Shown here: piece after piece, positions 37,447 to 50,485 of the stretch
Position numbering within the stretch: the first letter of the stretch is position 1
Layout of the letters: each line of letters opens with the position of its first letter
NCBI RefSeq assembly: GCF_044704955.1
Contig: NC_091982.1
Span: 30,876,001-30,940,000 of the forward strand
DNA: 64,000 nt
Direction of reading: 5' to 3'
From: Pristiophorus japonicus
Lineage: Eukaryota
Made by a program: the position numbers and the translations under genes
Notes under the pieces: model-generated
Seen by the model: the letters and a program-made list of their open reading frames with translations, nothing else
What the model was told of the DNA's origin: nothing
Databases searched by the model: none

Positions 37447-39145
37447 ATGACTGAACATACGAGAGAGGGTGCACCAAGATTTTTGGACAATGCACTAGAG
37501 GTCTTGATGCAATACTTAGAGAGAAGGAAAGACATTTGCATCTGCAGAAGGGTGGGACATACAAATAGCGGCAGAGGTCAATGCCAAGAACGTAGCTCCA
37601 AGAACATGGATGCAGTGCAGGAAGAAGTTTAACGATCTGACACGAATTACCAAGGTGAGTAAGTTCAATCTTCAAATGGCATATTCTACCAATTGCACCA
37701 CTAGCCTCATCCACTACTCAATTCATTACATCCCATCACCCACCTACCAGCAATCTCTATCAATCAGTACTCAACCCTTTAATTCATATGCTTTACCTCG
37801 CCCTCATACATTTCACATTGTTGCAAACCTCACACCCACAACTCACAGCTCATACACATTGGCAGCTATTCAACCATAACAGCCACATTACCTAAATATA
37901 TTGCAGGATACTCACTGACACACTTCCCTTTTTCTTGGAAGAGAAGGTGGTGCATAACAGGAGGCAGCGGGAAAGAACAGGAGGAGGACCACCATGCCTA
38001 CATGTTTTAACCCCCATGGAGAAGATAGTTTCAGCCATCATGGGAAGGGGCATCATGGAGGCTGAGGCCACTGATGGGGCTAAAGTGATTGATCATGAGG
38101 GTATCTGCATACCTAATCTTCCTTCCTTCCTTCTTCCCACTTCTCCCATGTCCCATAATCTCGTTTGACTCGCAAGCTACAGATGGTGTAAGCACGCACT
38201 TCTTACTTTTGCCTCTCCCCTCACCACAGCCCAACTCTTGTCGCTTTTTCATTTGAGATACCCAAGAACTGGAACCTTCCCAGTCAGAGGAGAAAGAGGA
38301 AGAAGACGGTGAAGATGAAGAGATACCGTAAGTCGATCTTACAATCGCAGCCACCAGCTCAGACAATGAAACAAAGCGTATTTTAGAGGCCAGAATAGAG
38401 GAGGGAACTGCACGTGGTGCGATACCGAGCACAAGTGCACAGGGTGGGGGAAAAGGATGGCAGAGGCGCTAGCTCATCAGAGGACGAGGTCGCACACTAG
38501 TTCTGCTGCAGAGGAGTCAAATGAGGACTTTGATGGGACAGGTTACAGTAGAAGGCTATTGGTTGTACGTAACCAAATGTTTGCTGCAATGGAAAACCTG
38601 CCAGAAAGCCTGCATACAATGTCCAGGAGTAGGGAGGAGTCCAGCACCAACTTGGCACAGGGCATTGTGCACAGCTTAGAGCCTATCCTTTCCAACATGG
38701 AATGGGTAGTCACCTCCAACAGCACACCTGTGAAGCTTCCATTGCAGCACAAGCAGCTTCCATCAAAGATCCGAGTGCTGTAGTGGAAGCTTAGACTATT
38801 GCCATTGTGGCTCTAGATACTACTGTTCAAAGGGGCTTCCAAAGCATCACAGCATTCCATCAATCTGTTCTCCAACCAATCAGTAGAATTGCTGAAGCAC
38901 CGCTCCGCGAGTGTGGCAATGGCTCCATGCAACACCAACCTGCCGTCCTCTCTCAGGATGACAGCATTCCTGCTCCCACCCCTGCCATTCCACCAGTGCC
39001 CTTGCTGTTGCATGTCAGCCAGCCAGCCCTAACTGCTGCAGCCCAGGCCAAGATGGTGCATTTTGAAGCTGGGCCTTCTAGGCCCAGAGTTGCTCGAGGT
39101 CGTACTCCAAGGCCGTCTACAGTCTCCTTGATTGAAGGTCAGTAG
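37447..39145 (+). pseudogene. Harbinger Myb/SANT-like DNA-binding protein (NAIF1/MSANTD-like), spliced, frameshifted
   Basis: MTEHTREGAPRFLDNALEVL...QCRKKFNDLTRITK|gt; EKVVHNRRQRERTGGGP..LTPME; acidic exon; low-complexity C-terminus. Confidence 0.75.
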
Positions 39146-39638
39146 CCTTCTACATGCCATGCTGCAGTCATTGGGGAATCACCTCGAGGGAGCACTCGGA
39201 TATGCAAAGGCACAAGGAAGACAGGCAAGAAGGAAATGCACAAGGGCAATTAATTTAATTTTCTATACATTATTTAATGAGTAAATTTATAAAATTGGAT
39301 TAGAATGTACATTTTCTGGTAGTTTTTATTTTTGTGTTCTCAAATAGAGGACAATGTGATGGTCAGCGATAGAGGAAAGGTAAAGAGTGTGGGACAATTG
39401 GTGAATGGGAAGATGTGACTGAGGATACTGGCATCGCTCATGAATAATTGAGCACATAGCGGCAGGACAGAAAGGGGTTATCTCCATGAGATCGCCTCCA
39501 TTCCCCATCCTATTCCTCCACTTCCTGTTGCACTTCCTCCTCCTCCACTTCCTCCACTTCCTCTTCCTTCTTATGCTCAAGCTCCTCAGCTTCTTGCCTG
39601 ATAGGTGGTGGCGAGGGCTATTGCCCTATAATGATCCG

Positions 39639-40596
39639 AACATAAGAACATAAGAGATAGGAGCAGGGGTAGGCCATACAGCCCCTCGAGCCTGCTCCGC
39701 CATTTAATACGATCATGGCTGATCCGATCATGAACTCTTAATCCCTTATCAATTAAGAAGCTGTCTATCTCTGTCTTAAATTTATTCAATATCCCAGCTT
39801 CCACAGCTCTCTGAGGCAGCGAATTTCACAGATTTACAACCCTCTGAGAGAAGAATTTCCTCCTCATCTCAGTTTTAAATGAGCGGCCCCTTATTCTAAG
39901 ATTATGCCCTCTAGTTCTAGTCTCCCCTATCAGTGGAAACATCCCCTCTGCATCCACCTTGTCAAGCCCCCTCATAACCTTATACATTTCGCTAAGATCA
40001 CCTCTCATTCTTCTGAATTCCAATGAGTAGAGGCCCAACCTCCTCAACTTCTCTTCATAACTGAACCCGTTCATCTCCAGAATCAACCTAGTGAACCTTC
40101 TCTGAACTCCCTTCAAAGCAAGTATATCCTTTCGTAAATATGGAAACCAAAACTGCACGCAGTATTCCAGGTGTAGCCTCACCAATACCCTGTATAATTG
40201 TAGCAAGACTTCCCTGCTTTTATACTCCATCCCGTTTGAAATAAACATCAAGATTCCATTTGCCTTCCTGATCACTTGCTGTACCTGCATACTAACCTTT
40301 TGTGTTTCATGCACAAGTACCCCCAGGTCCCACTGTACTGCAGCACTTTGCAATTTTTCTCCATTTAAATAATAACTTGCTCTTTGATTTTTTTTCTGCC
40401 AAAGTGCATGACCTCACACTTTCCAACATTATTCTCCATCTGCCAAATTTTTGCCCACTCACTTAGCCTGTCTATGTCTGTTTGCAGATTTTTTGTGTCC
40501 TCCTCAGACATTGCTTTTCCTCCCATCTTTGTATCGTCAGCAAACTTGGCTACGTTATACTCGGTCCCTTCATCCAAGTCGTTAATATAGATTGTA
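39639..40596 (-). mobile_element. CR1 LINE 3' fragment inserted in the transposase
   Basis: [20 protein letters not shown] and (TTCTTATG)n tail. Confidence 0.9.
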
Positions 40597-40725
40597 CAGC
40601 AAGCAATATACTACCACAAATCGTGATATCTGCTCAGCTGAGTACTGCAGGGCTCCTCCAGAGTGGTCCAGGCAGCAGAAGCTTTGCTTGCGGGCGCCCA
40701 TGCTCTGTAATATTCCTGTGACAGC

Positions 40726-40896
40726 TGTAATATAAAGATCCCCCTGATGCATTACTGCTCCACCTAGTGAACTGCAGTGGTAATGCAACTGCTGATGTAT
40801 ATAATAAAAGAATCATGTGACAAGGTCACATGACAAGTTCTTATAGAGCCATCATGTCAATGTGTATGTTTGTGATGTTGTAAGGAATATATCACA
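40726..40896 (+). mobile_element. Short solo LTR
   Basis: TGTAATATA...ATATATCACA with internal AATAAA and 5-bp flanks ACAGC / GCAGC. The transposase sequence resumes across it. Confidence 0.65.
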
Positions 40897-42061
40897 GCAG
40901 CATGGCTCTCATTGTATGCCTGCTGTGCATGTGTGCGTGGGTTCCAGCCTGGAGTCATAAGCCATGTCATGAGTGGATAACCCTAGTAGCCACTGTTTGT
41001 ATTGCTGTAGAATGAAGGAATTGTGACTGCTGCCAGGATAATGGGCATTGACCTGCATGATGCGCTGCCTGTGGTCACATACCAGCTGCGCATTCAGAGA
41101 GTGAAATCCCTTTTGGTTCATGAAAATGATCGAGTTCATATGAGGTGCACCCTTGGGAAGCCTGCAATCCAGGCAAACCCTCGTGCTCGCTCCACCTGCT
41201 TATCTCTGGCAAGAGGGAATTAGATGAAAATGTTTCTCTGTGTTTTGAGAGCCTCAGTGACCTCCATTATACAGCAGTGCACGGCAAACTGCGAGATGTT
41301 GCTAAGAGCTCCAGCAGCAGCCTGGAAGGAGCCAGACACATAAAACTTAACAGCCATGCTCACCTTGACAGCCACAGGCAATGATGCCCTAGACCTGCTT
41401 TGAGGTTGCAGTTGTGACTGCAGCAGGTGGTAGATTTCAGTCACGATTTATTTTGTGAAGCGAAGACATATCAAGCATTGATCCTCGCTGAAGTTGAGGT
41501 AAGAGAATTACTCCCTGAAAACCCATGGCACATATACTGTACCTGCTGAGAGCCTTTCTCCCCATCATCTCTCTTCCCTATTCCAGCAGCTTGTCCTACT
41601 CTGCATGGCCTCTCTTCAATCTCCCAGTTATGTTCAATTCCCAGAGGAATCCATAGTTGGAAGCAACTTTGTGTTTCAGTACAAGAATTTTAAATGACCA
41701 AAAAATTACTTCAACGCCAGCCAAAACACTCCCAGTTGAGTATTCAAACTATAGCCAAGAATAGGAAAGCTCCAAAAACATGTACAATTGCATCAACAGC
41801 CAGAAGAAATAATCCAGCAACTAACGTAATAGTTCATGATCCCTTCAAACAGTGCTGGTGGGGTTCCTTCATTCCATTAAACATCATTTCCAGCTGTACA
41901 AGGTTAAGACAGGGTATTGGTTGGAGCATGCAGTTCAAAAATGGCAGTGTTGGCATCAAATTGCACACTGATTCGCTTCATCATCTTGCTGCTCTGCATG
42001 TTGTCAGCAGTTGTTAGGTGTCTACGCACAAACCCCTTAACCAAGATGGCATCCTGCCCAC

Positions 42062-42560
42062 GATGGCATCAGGCCAACATCCCCAGCATCGAAGCACTGA
42101 CCACACTCAACCAGCTCCATTGGGCGGACCACATTGTTCGCATGCCTGACACAAGACTCCCAAAGCAAGCACTCAACTCATAACTCCTACATGGCAAGCG
42201 AGCCCAAGGTGGGCAGAGGAAACGTTTCAAGGACACCCTCAAAGCCTCCTTGATAAAATGCAACATCCCCACCGACACTTGGGAATCCCCGGCCAAAGAC
42301 CGCCCTAAGTGGAGGAAGTCCATCCGGGAGGGCGCTGAGCACCTCGAGTCTCATCGCCGAGAGCATGCAGAAAACAAGCGCAGGCAGCGGAAGGAGAGTG
42401 CAGCAAACCTGTCCCACACACCCTTTCCTTCAACGACTGTCTGTCCCACCTGTGACAGAGACTGTAATTCCCATATTGGACTATTCAGTCACCTAAGAAC
42501 TCACTTTTAGAGTGGAAGCAAGTCTTCCTCGATTTCGAGGGACTGACTATGATGATGATA
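42062..42560 (+). mobile_element. RTE LINE 3' fragment
   Basis: QANIPSIEAL...CPTCDRDCNSHIGLFSHLRTHF, (ATG)n tail, flanks ATCCTGCCCAC / ATCCTGCCAAC. Confidence 0.9.
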
Positions 42561-43139
42561 ATCCTGCCAACACCGTTAGAATTTTGGGTGTGCATCTCGG
42601 ACCCCATTTTCAAACCTTATTTGGCTGCGTAGCACCTAACAAACGGGTGCTACATGCCCAAATTTAGCCCCCAAATCTGAGTTATGACACTGGGGGAGCA
42701 TTGAGACAATACCAAGAATTTCCCCATATGAAGTAAGAAACATTCAGAGGAAAAGTCTGAATATTTCATGTGGTTCTCAGTGACTACCTCCAGAGCTGCA
42801 ATGGCAATGATCTGAGAATGAGCCACTTAGTGACCTTTGTAGGTGGGCAATGATAAATGGTATGTAGAATCCAGTATTGGAAGATATTTTATTAGTTGTT
42901 TTAAAATGCTTAAAGATGGAGCCTGGAATATCCCACGTGCTCGCTGCCTATTTTTCAGCAAATCTCTGTGCAAACTGCCACACATCTCCAATCTCTCTTC
43001 CTTCGTCAAGTCCTTGATTGTTTTGTTATCTCCTGGATCCACAAGCAGCTTTCCCACAAATTCTTGCTTGAATTTCTCCAATGAGATTTCCATTTGTCCC
43101 TTACCACTGAAATGGCCCTAACCAAAATCATGAATAACA

Positions 43140-44010
43140 TTCTCTCTGACTGTGTCAAAGGTGCATTATCCCTCCTTGTCCTCTTCAAATTCCTTGCTGC
43201 CTTTGGTTAACCATACCATCCTCCTTCAATACCACTCCTCTGTTATCCAGCTCAGTGGAACTCCCCTCGCTTGATTTCACTCTTACCTATCCAATTGTAG
43301 CGAGAACCTCTCTACCAATGGCTTCTCTTCCCACCCCCACACCCTTACCTACGGAGTCCCCCAATGATCTGTTCTTGGCCCCTCCTTTTCCTTATCTACA
43401 TGCTGGCCCTTGGTGAGATCTTCCACAGACATGCGGTCAGCTTTTACATATATACTAATGATAACTTTCTCTTCCTCTCCACCACCTCTCCTGACCCCTC
43501 CAAGCCTTTGTGCTGTCAGACTGCTTGTTTAACATCCAATCTTAAATGAGTTGAAATTTCCTTCAGCTAAAAGTTAGGAAAACCAAAGTAAATTTTCTTT
43601 GGCCGCCACCAAAAACCGCATATCCTTGCCATTAATTCCATCCCCCCCGTCTCTGTGTCAGGCTGATCTAGACTATTTGCAACCATAGCAACCTAGCTGA
43701 TCCTGAGCTGAGATTCCTCTCCATCACAAAGACTGCTTACGTCCACCTCCACAGCCTCCACCTCAGCACCTGCCCTTGTCCAGCTGGTGCTAAAAAGATC
43801 ATTCATACATTTGTCATCTCCATGCTTCACTATCCAATGCTCTCCAGGCTGATCTCACATTCTCCACCCTTTGTAATCTTCAGCTCATTCAAAACTCTGC
43901 TGCCCATGTCCAAGACTGCACCATCTCCCTCTCACCCACCACTCCTGTCCTAGATGACCTACCTTGGGTCCCGGTTCGCCAATACTTCCAAATTTCAAAT
44001 TCTTATCTTC
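43140..44010 (+). mobile_element. Old L2 LINE RT fragment
   Basis: GVPQ..VLGPLLFLIYML.LGEIFHRHAVSFYIYTND (decayed YADD) and LQLIQNSAA motif. Confidence 0.75.
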
Positions 44011-44124
44011 ATATGGCAAATTGATCCATTAGTGTCAGAGGAGTCATGTGTTATGCTATGGAACATTCTCCCACACCTGCCCAGATCCCATCTCAATTAT
44101 GCTACCATGGGGAGGTGCCAAAGG

Positions 44125-46430
44125 GAGGGCACAAATCCCCTGGACCTCATGGCCTACATATTAGGGTTGCAAAAGAGGTGGCTGCAAAGATAGTGGATGC
44201 TTTGGTTTTGATCTTTCATAATTCCCTAGATTCTAGAGTGATCCCAGCGGATTGGAAGGTAGCAAATGTAACACCGTTATTCAAGCAAGGAGAGAGAAAA
44301 CAGGGAACTACAGCCAGTTAGCCTGAGATCAGTCGTTGGGAAAATGCTGGAATCCATTGTTAAGGAAGTGATATCAGGGCACTTAGAAAATCATAACATG
44401 ATTAGGCAGAGCAAACATGGTTTTATGAAAGGGAAATCATGTTTGACAAAATTTTTGTGGAAGTAACTAGCAGGGTAGATAAAGGGGAACCAGTGGATGT
44501 TGTATATTTGGGTTTCCAAAAGGCATTCGATAAGGTGCCACATAAAAGGTTGTTAGACAAGATAAGGGATCATGGGTTTGGAGGTAATGTATTAGCATGG
44601 ATAGAGGATTGGTTAATGGACAGAAAACAAAGAGTACGGATATATGGGTCTTTTTCAGTTTGGCAGGCTGTAACCAATGGGGTACCGCAAGGATCAGTGC
44701 TGGGGCCTCAGCTATTTATAATCTATATTAATGACCTAGATGAAGGGATCGAGTGTAATATATCCAAGTTTGCTGATGATACAAAGCTAGGTGGGACAAT
44801 AAGCTGTGAAGAGAACACAAAGCATCTGCAAATGGATATAGATAGAAAAGTGAGTGGGCAGTAAGGTGGCAGATGGAGTATAATGTAGGGAAATGTGAGG
44901 TTATTCACCTTGGTAGGAAGAATAGAAAAAGAGAATGGGGCTGAAATTGCCTCTCTACTTAAGACCTGTTACCACCGCGAATCGGTGGCCATGCTACGGT
45001 GTGGAGTGGCCGCCGACTTTTTGTGGAATGGCCGCTGCTAGCCCAATTGTCCTTCTGAGTTTTCCCGGCAGTGCCCCGATCCTCCCCCCCCACCTCACCC
45101 CCACTGACCCGCTGCTGCCGATCCGTCCTAAGTGTGTCATTACCGTGCACACAGCTGATCTACCCAGGCCCCCCGATGGCGACATTCTCCTCTGAAAATC
45201 TTCGGCACAGCCTGTTTTTTCCCGGTGGTCCAGTGAGGCTGTGGCCTTCTGCAATGGCGGTGCGGCTTCCCTTAAAGGGGAGGGCGCACTGCTGCTGTCG
45301 CCATGTTTTTTTTCGGCCGACTGTTATGTTGGCCCGACAATTATGCCCCCGGGTTCAGCCGGGCCACCAACAGACAGCCTGGCACCCCATCTTGGGTGAA
45401 ACCCTCACTGGTGGCCCAATGGGCCGAAGTTTTAAAATCGTGAAGGCTCTCCCCTTTAAGTGAAGGGGAGAGCCATGGTGATGCAGTGCCGTGATGACGT
45501 CATCTCGGCGGTCACTCCGCACCGCCCCCAACTTCTGCCCCTCAGGTGTTACCATCACCGCGTATCCGCCCCTTTCGTGTAGTCTCTGCCCCCATTAAGA
45601 ACGACTTCCAGATTCGAATAAAAAAATAACAAAGAGCAGTATTTCGCTCAACCACAGCTGCGGTAAAAACCAGTGAAACTGGGTCCATGCACCCCGTTTC
45701 GGGCAGGGCCAATTTCTCCCCCAATATTTTTTAAATGGTGAGAAACTTTTAAATGTTGGTGCTCAGAGAGATTTGGGTGCCCTTGTGCAAGAAATACAGA
45801 AAGCTAGCATTCAAGTATAGCAAGCAATAAGGAAGGCAAATGGCATTTCATCCTTTATTGTAAGGGGGTTGGAATATAAGAGTAAGGAAGTCTGGCTACA
45901 ATTGTATAGGGCCTTGGTGAGACCGCACCTGGAGTACTGTGCACAATTTTGGTCTCCTTATCTAAGGAAGGACATACTTGCCTTGGAATCAGTGCAATGA
46001 AGGTTGACTAGATTGATTCCTGGGATGAGAGGGCTGCCTTATGATGAGAGATTGTGTAGAATGGGCCTATACTCTCTGGAGTTTAGAAGAATGAGAAGTG
46101 ATCTCATTGAAACATACAAGATTCTGAAGGGGATTGACAGGGTCGATGCTGAGATTGTTTCCCCTGACTGGAGTGTCTAGAACTAGGGGCCACAGTCTCA
46201 GGATAAGGGGTAGGCCATTTAAGACCGAGATGAGGAGGAATTTCTTCACTCAGAGGGTTGTGAATCTTTGGAATTCTCTGCTCCAGAAGGCATTGGATGC
46301 TGGGATAGATAGATTTTTGGCGTCTAGGGGAATCAAGGGCTATGGAGATCGAGCAGGAAAGTGTTGAAGTCGCTAACCAGCCATGAACTTATTGAATAGC
46401 GGAGTAGGCTCGAGGGACCGTATGGCCCCT
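44125..46430 (+). mobile_element. CR1 LINE, 5'-truncated, split by a Harbinger MITE
   Basis: RT motifs FQKAFDKVPH, GVPQGSVLGP, KFADDTK, TRGHSL and WNSL. Confidence 0.92.
44937..45722. mobile_element. PIF/Harbinger-type MITE
   Basis: TIRs GGGGCTGAAATTG and CAATTTCTCCCCC. 3-bp TSD AAT (44934-44936 / 45723-45725); the CR1 sequence rejoins across it. Confidence 0.85.
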
Positions 46431-47186
46431 CGAGCCTACGCCGCTATTCAATAATGTTCTTTTGGAATGAGCCAATCTTGTGCAATTCCTTACAGCTAGT
46501 TTCATTAGTAGATGCCTAAGGTAAAGTTGGCTGTTTTATTGGTCACAGCTGGGGCAAGGCATGGAGAAGTCAAAAAAAGTGTTGATAAGAACAAAATAAA
46601 AAATAAAAACTCAACCACCACTGAGCAGAATCTAAAACAGGTAAAACAAATGGCATTCCGTGAAAAAAAAATGCTGTTGAAAACATGTTATTTTAAATCA
46701 CAATTTACTCAAAATGAATGGCAGATGTACAGCAGATGTTTGATAGATCTGGTAGATTAACTTTCATTGCTTCAGTGCATTCCACTTCTCTGCAATATTT
46801 CATGTCTGTTATGAATTCCTGTTGAAATGATTTTACTCTGTTACCCTTTTTCTGCTTCCAGCTCATTTCACATTTGTTTAAAGAAACTGGAATGATGTCA
46901 TGTAATGGATTTGAGACTTGAATGTGATGTATGTGGGAACACTGTCTGATCCCAGCTGCATGTGGCATAAATAGAACGCTCTCACAGGACTATCTGATAG
47001 AACTGTCATCGAAGCCTTGGATTTCAATTTTTGCAAAATGGGAATTGAATGCCTTTATTGATCTTATCCTGTTAATAAATCTTGCGCATGCTGAGCTGAA
47101 ATGTGCTGGGCACAGCTTAACAGAATTGGTTGTCAGCAATTGTCTAATGCTTGGTCAAATTGTGGGTATTCCGATGCTGTGCTGTG

Positions 47187-47488
47187 TGTTGTATATGCTG
47201 ACTATGGATGTAATGTGTAGTCACTGTGAGATTGTATAAGATGGAGACTTGTTTACCTGATGTACTATCAATAAGGTTCACACCATGTACACACATGCTG
47301 GCACCACTAGAGGGTGCAACCGATGGAGACCGGGGCTTTCCTGCCTTCGTGGCAGGGCCCCATATAAAAGGCTGCATTCCATGCTTGCATAGCACTCTGG
47401 AGTTTGGAATAAAGGACCAAGGTCACTCCAGTTCAAGTACAACACATTGTCTTGTGAAGTCATTCATAAGTGCACTATAGACATAACA
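47187..47488 (+). mobile_element. Solo LTR (Gypsy-like)
   Basis: TGTTG...TAACA termini, TATAAAA and AATAAA, flanks CTGTG / CTGTA. Layout resembles the LTR at 653-898. Confidence 0.65.
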
Positions 47489-48840
47489 CTGTATATTTTG
47501 TTGTTTATTTTTTGGTCAGCCAGGCATCTGGTACCCATAAAAACCCACCACCAGATTAATATTTCCCAATTCAAGCTATTGGGAAATCTACATCTGCCAG
47601 TGTGGTTTATTTTTGACCAATGTGAAATGCACATTCTCTCCCCATAGGGACACATCCCATTGGCCCAAGTTCAGAGAGTTTAGATGCAAATTAGCAGAGC
47701 CAAACTTTAAGGACCTCCAAGTTTGCACAGGGATACTGCTGGAGTTTAATTGGCTAAAAACAGAGCTGCTTTCCACTGCTTGAACCCCACCCATTCGAGC
47801 ATTCACTTGTAGATTTAGCTAGAACCAAGTGGACAGAATGTTGGCCCCCCCAGTGACAGATCTATCCCTCCAAGCTTTCTTAGTGAGCCAAAGGGTATGC
47901 CTCCTGCAAGGCTGACTCCCCTCCAGGATATTCAGTGACAGTGTAGGTTGGAGCTCTGGAAACACTATTTCCTCTTTTTGCCACAAATCACCTCACAGCT
48001 TGGTCAATATATCTTGCACGTGGACCAGAGAAAGACCATACATTGAGTGCTAAATTCTAAAGCTTGAAAGAGAACTATTTGGGCACATGTCTCATACATC
48101 ACAAACTTAACCTGCATGAAGGAAGACGAGAAAGACCAAAGCACCCTTCATCCCTACTCACTGCGTCCAGGCTGAAGTTGGCATCCACCAGCACATCCAG
48201 GCACTGATATGCATGAAGAAGTGGAACAGGTATTTTCCAATTAATATCTTTGAGGTTCCATCTTGGGCCATGCAAGCTCACACCACACTTGGACCTACCC
48301 ACCATATCCCACTGGTTAGCCCATGTCCATGATGGTAAATAGTGGTTGCTTCCACCAGCAACACCATCGTCTGTGAAAAGGAATGCTGCAATATTTTTAG
48401 AAATGCCTGGAACCGACACTCCAAAGCTATCCCACATGATGGTCACCCACCACAATTGATGAAAGCATTGAATAGGATGGGAAATGGTGGAACCCTACAC
48501 CTCACTCATTTTCAGTGAGTTGCTCATCGACCCGTACTCAAATCTTAGAGTAGGAGTACGCATCCCAGGTAAAATCCAAGGTTTGGCTCTGTACTTGCAA
48601 TAGCTTTCAGCTTCATTGTGAGGACTGCAGGGATGAGTAGGTCAAAAATCTTATGAAACTTGATAAAAGCAGTATAGTGGGGTTTTCCTGAGCCTTATAA
48701 TGATCTGCAATCTTGTATAAAGCCACAAATTGTTCTACAGATTCCTTATTTACATTTGGGTGAAGTTATGGGCAAGTGTTAGTTCTAGTTGCAAGGACAT
48801 TATTATGCAAATTGTTCAATTTTAATATGATAAACAGTCA

Positions 48841-49687
48841 GGGGTCGAAATTGTCCCCTCCGATAAGGCCTCTGACCGTCTGAAAGCAGGGGCCGCGGGG
48901 CGACGTGGAATGGCCGCTAACTTCCGCGGAGGAGCTGCTATTTTGGAAATTACCCTTCCTCAGGTTTGGAGCGGTGTCTGGGACTGCTCCACCCGTTTTA
49001 CTTGCCGCAGCGTGCATGTGGCGACCCCTTACCGACTGACGGGGAGCCCCTTGCGAAATTGTCCCTCTGGAAATTGCCCCTTTCCCGGTATTGCCCGGCA
49101 GGAGCGACCCCACTGCCGATCGGTGCCCCCAACAGCTTTTGCTATCGGTACACTCTCTGTGGCATGGCAGCCCAGTTGCCCTTAAAGAGGAGGACGCACT
49201 GCCATAGCCGCCGTGTTATTTTTTTGTTTGTCGGCCGACTGCCAGGTTGGTCCGACAATTATGGCCGCGGATTCGGCCGGGCCATCAACAAGCAGCCTAG
49301 CACCCCCTCTTGGGTGCCAGGCAGCTGGCCTGGCCGAACCCCTCTCTGGTGGCCCAGTGTTTGCCACTGCAGAGTTCGCAGCGGCCCTCCCCTTAAATTG
49401 AAGGAGAGAGATGCTGTGCCATGCCAGCGCGATGATGTCATCAGCACGGCGCTGATGACTGACAGCCACGGCTACTCCGCCCTGTTCCCACTTCGGCCCC
49501 GCTACTGACGGACACTCCTCCCCGCCTCCACTTCCACCCCCATGATGAGGTCACTTCCGCCCCACTTGAAAAAAAAACCCCCGAAGTGCTGAATTTCAAA
49601 GGTGTGGCTGCCCAAAGGCATGGAGCAGCCAGAACACATCGAAACCAGTAGGTGGCCTCGTTTCGGGCAGTGGGCAATTTCGGCCAC
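48841..49687. mobile_element. PIF/Harbinger-type MITE
   Basis: TIRs GGGGTCGAAATTGTCCC and GGGCAATTTCGGCCAC. TSD TCA on both sides. Confidence 0.85.
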
Positions 49688-49945
49688 TCAGTACCTTACC
49701 TCACAAACTTCAAACAGAAGATTACATTTTATTAATAGATGACAATACAATCAACTAGGCAAACCAGAATGTCAAGGAAGACATCCTTTTTGATAATATT
49801 TTGCTTATATTTTTTCCTGTACTGCATTGTATTATCAATGCACCCTTGGACAGGAATTCATTTTTAAACAAAAGTAATCTGGATATCCCTTATAAGCATA
49901 AATACGAATCTAAAAAAAGACCTACTGACTACCAAATAATAAATA

Positions 49946-50485
49946 CCGTATATACTCGCGTATCATGCGACTTTTGAAGACCTAAATTGTAACCTAAATT
50001 TGGGGGGGGTCGCATGATACGCGAGATACAAAATTTGCGGGTGTGAAGTGCTGGCCAAGATTAGGCTTTTAGGCTGTTAAGCAGACCGTATCCACGCTGA
50101 ATCTCGGCAGGTATCTCCTGGGCTGGATTGCAGCCTCTATTGTCGCTTGTACTGTATCTTTGCTGTGGTCAAGAGATCGCCACCCACAACTCCCTCTGAA
50201 GTTTGCTGCATTATTAGAGGCTCCATCTATCTCAGCCCATGCTTCTTTTACCCGCAAACACAGTAGAGGCTGTGGCTGAACGACGCTAGTCAAGCCAGCT
50301 GGAACGATTGCTGTATCGGTGTTCGATTCGCGAACAGCTTTCACAGCAGAATCCACTCGATGTTTCATGTTAAGGTCTGTATTCGATCTCAAAAAAGTGA
50401 CTCGCATGATACATGAGATATATGATAAAATCATGTTTTGGGGTCGCATGATATGCGAGATCGTAGGATACGCGAGTATATACGG
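49946..50485 (-). mobile_element. pogo/Tigger internal-deletion derivative
   Basis: TA-flanked TIRs CCGTATATACTCGCGTATC and GATACGCGAGTATATACGG. Interior keeps pogo DDE fragments (IVPAGLTSVVQP, VKEAWAEI). Confidence 0.85.

Larger units (their letters stand above)
39430..41560 (-). pseudogene. Harbinger DDE transposase (HARBI1-like), disrupted
   Basis: LPVAVKV..AVKFYVSGSFQ, NQKGFHSLNAQLVCD, YPGSSHNSFIL, YNESHA, CLDHSGGALQYS...VVVYCLLYN. Interrupted by CR1 and a solo LTR. Confidence 0.85.
37179..42672. mobile_element. Formerly autonomous PIF/Harbinger transposon (convergent Myb/SANT gene and transposase), decayed
   Basis: TIRs GGGGTTAAATTGG and CAAATTTAGCCCCC with AAA on both flanks. The two convergent ORF relics are typical of Harbinger. 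Confidence 0.8.

Noticed and set aside
37447-41560. Domesticated HARBI1/NAIF1 host genes
   Set aside because: Frameshifts, stops, TE insertions and flanking TIRs indicate a dead transposon.
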